A model generated the notes under the pieces. It was not told the DNA's origin. It worked only from the letters and a program-made list of their open reading frames with translations, and ran no database searches. From Camelus ferus (lineage: Eukaryota), in contig NC_045697.1 of the NCBI RefSeq assembly GCF_009834535.1, positions 9,240,001-9,304,000 on the forward strand: a stretch of 64,000 nt of DNA. The letters run 5' to 3'. Of the stretch, positions 63,305-64,000 are shown piece by piece. Position 1 is the first letter of the stretch, and every line of letters starts with the position of its first letter. Made by a program: the position numbers and the translations under genes.

Positions 63305-64000
63305 GTGTCTTGTAGTGGGGTCAAAATAGATTTGAGAAGCGAAAAGAGATGGAATTAAGAACAGAACATAAAAGGTATATAAAATGCCTGGGATTATTTT
63401 CAGACTACTGGATGGTCAGAAAAGTAAAAACCTTAGAAACTGAACTTCCAAAAAATCTTTTAAAGAAGTGTTCAAGCTGCATAGTTTTTTTTTTTTTTTT
63501 TTTGGAGCTGTATAGAAAACATACTCAAAGGAATAGCTGATTTTATTTTGTACATGGAAGTAAATAGCCAAGAAGCATTCATCAGGCTAGACTGAACCCT
63601 GGGAAGGATTATTCCTAAGGAATAAACCCTTAGAGAATCAGATCATCTTCCTTGCAAAATCCTTAGCAATTGTGCATATAAATGGCAAATTCATTATCAC
63701 CTCTAATAGCTTATACCTGAACTATAAACTGGAAAGGCTGTGGAAATTTTAAAAGTCACCAGTGTACAATCACCAGGGGTTAACCTGTTAAATATTTGCA
63801 TATGTCATGCACAGATACAGAAACTGTACACACCTGGTCTTTGACATGCTGTCTTATCTCGAGTGCAGGCACTGGACAGTCCTTTCTGAAAGGGACTTCT
63901 GAGACAAGACAAGACGTGTTGGGACATAGTAAGCATCCTGTGTCTGGCAATATGCAAGCAGGGTTCAGAGGGGTGCTGGATGACTTTGCCAAAGTGTCTA

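Noticed and set aside
1..64000. ORF track entries as genes, or a prokaryote-style system (operon, CRISPR, defence island)
   Set aside because: The sequence is mammalian and repeat-rich. The ORFs are short, often use non-ATG starts, overlap repeats and resemble no host protein I recognise. No repeat-spacer array is present.

Overview
This is eukaryotic (placental mammal) genomic DNA: AT-rich, CpG-depleted and without a CpG island. A Vic-1-type tRNA-derived SINE and three copies of a young L1 3' end point to a camelid (camel, alpaca or llama). I recognise no host protein-coding gene, structural RNA gene or CRISPR array, so the window reads as intronic or intergenic. A large share is interspersed repeat: MIR, L2, ancient L1M fragments, MaLR/ERVL/ERV1 LTRs, an ERVL pol/dUTPase remnant, and hAT and Tigger DNA transposons. 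The only ORF-track entries with recognisable protein similarity are decayed transposon genes (Tigger1 transposase C-terminus, ERVL dUTPase). The most solid observations are recent L1 insertions with target-site duplications (TSDs), including a 34-bp micro-insertion and an inverted L1/L1 fold-back, plus a repeat-free, motif-dense candidate enhancer near 15.1-15.6 kb and a MER41-like LTR. A few exon-like segments are speculative. I found no convincing novel biological system. Repeat subfamily names come from remembered consensus sequences, and boundaries are approximate unless a TSD or terminal inverted repeat is cited.
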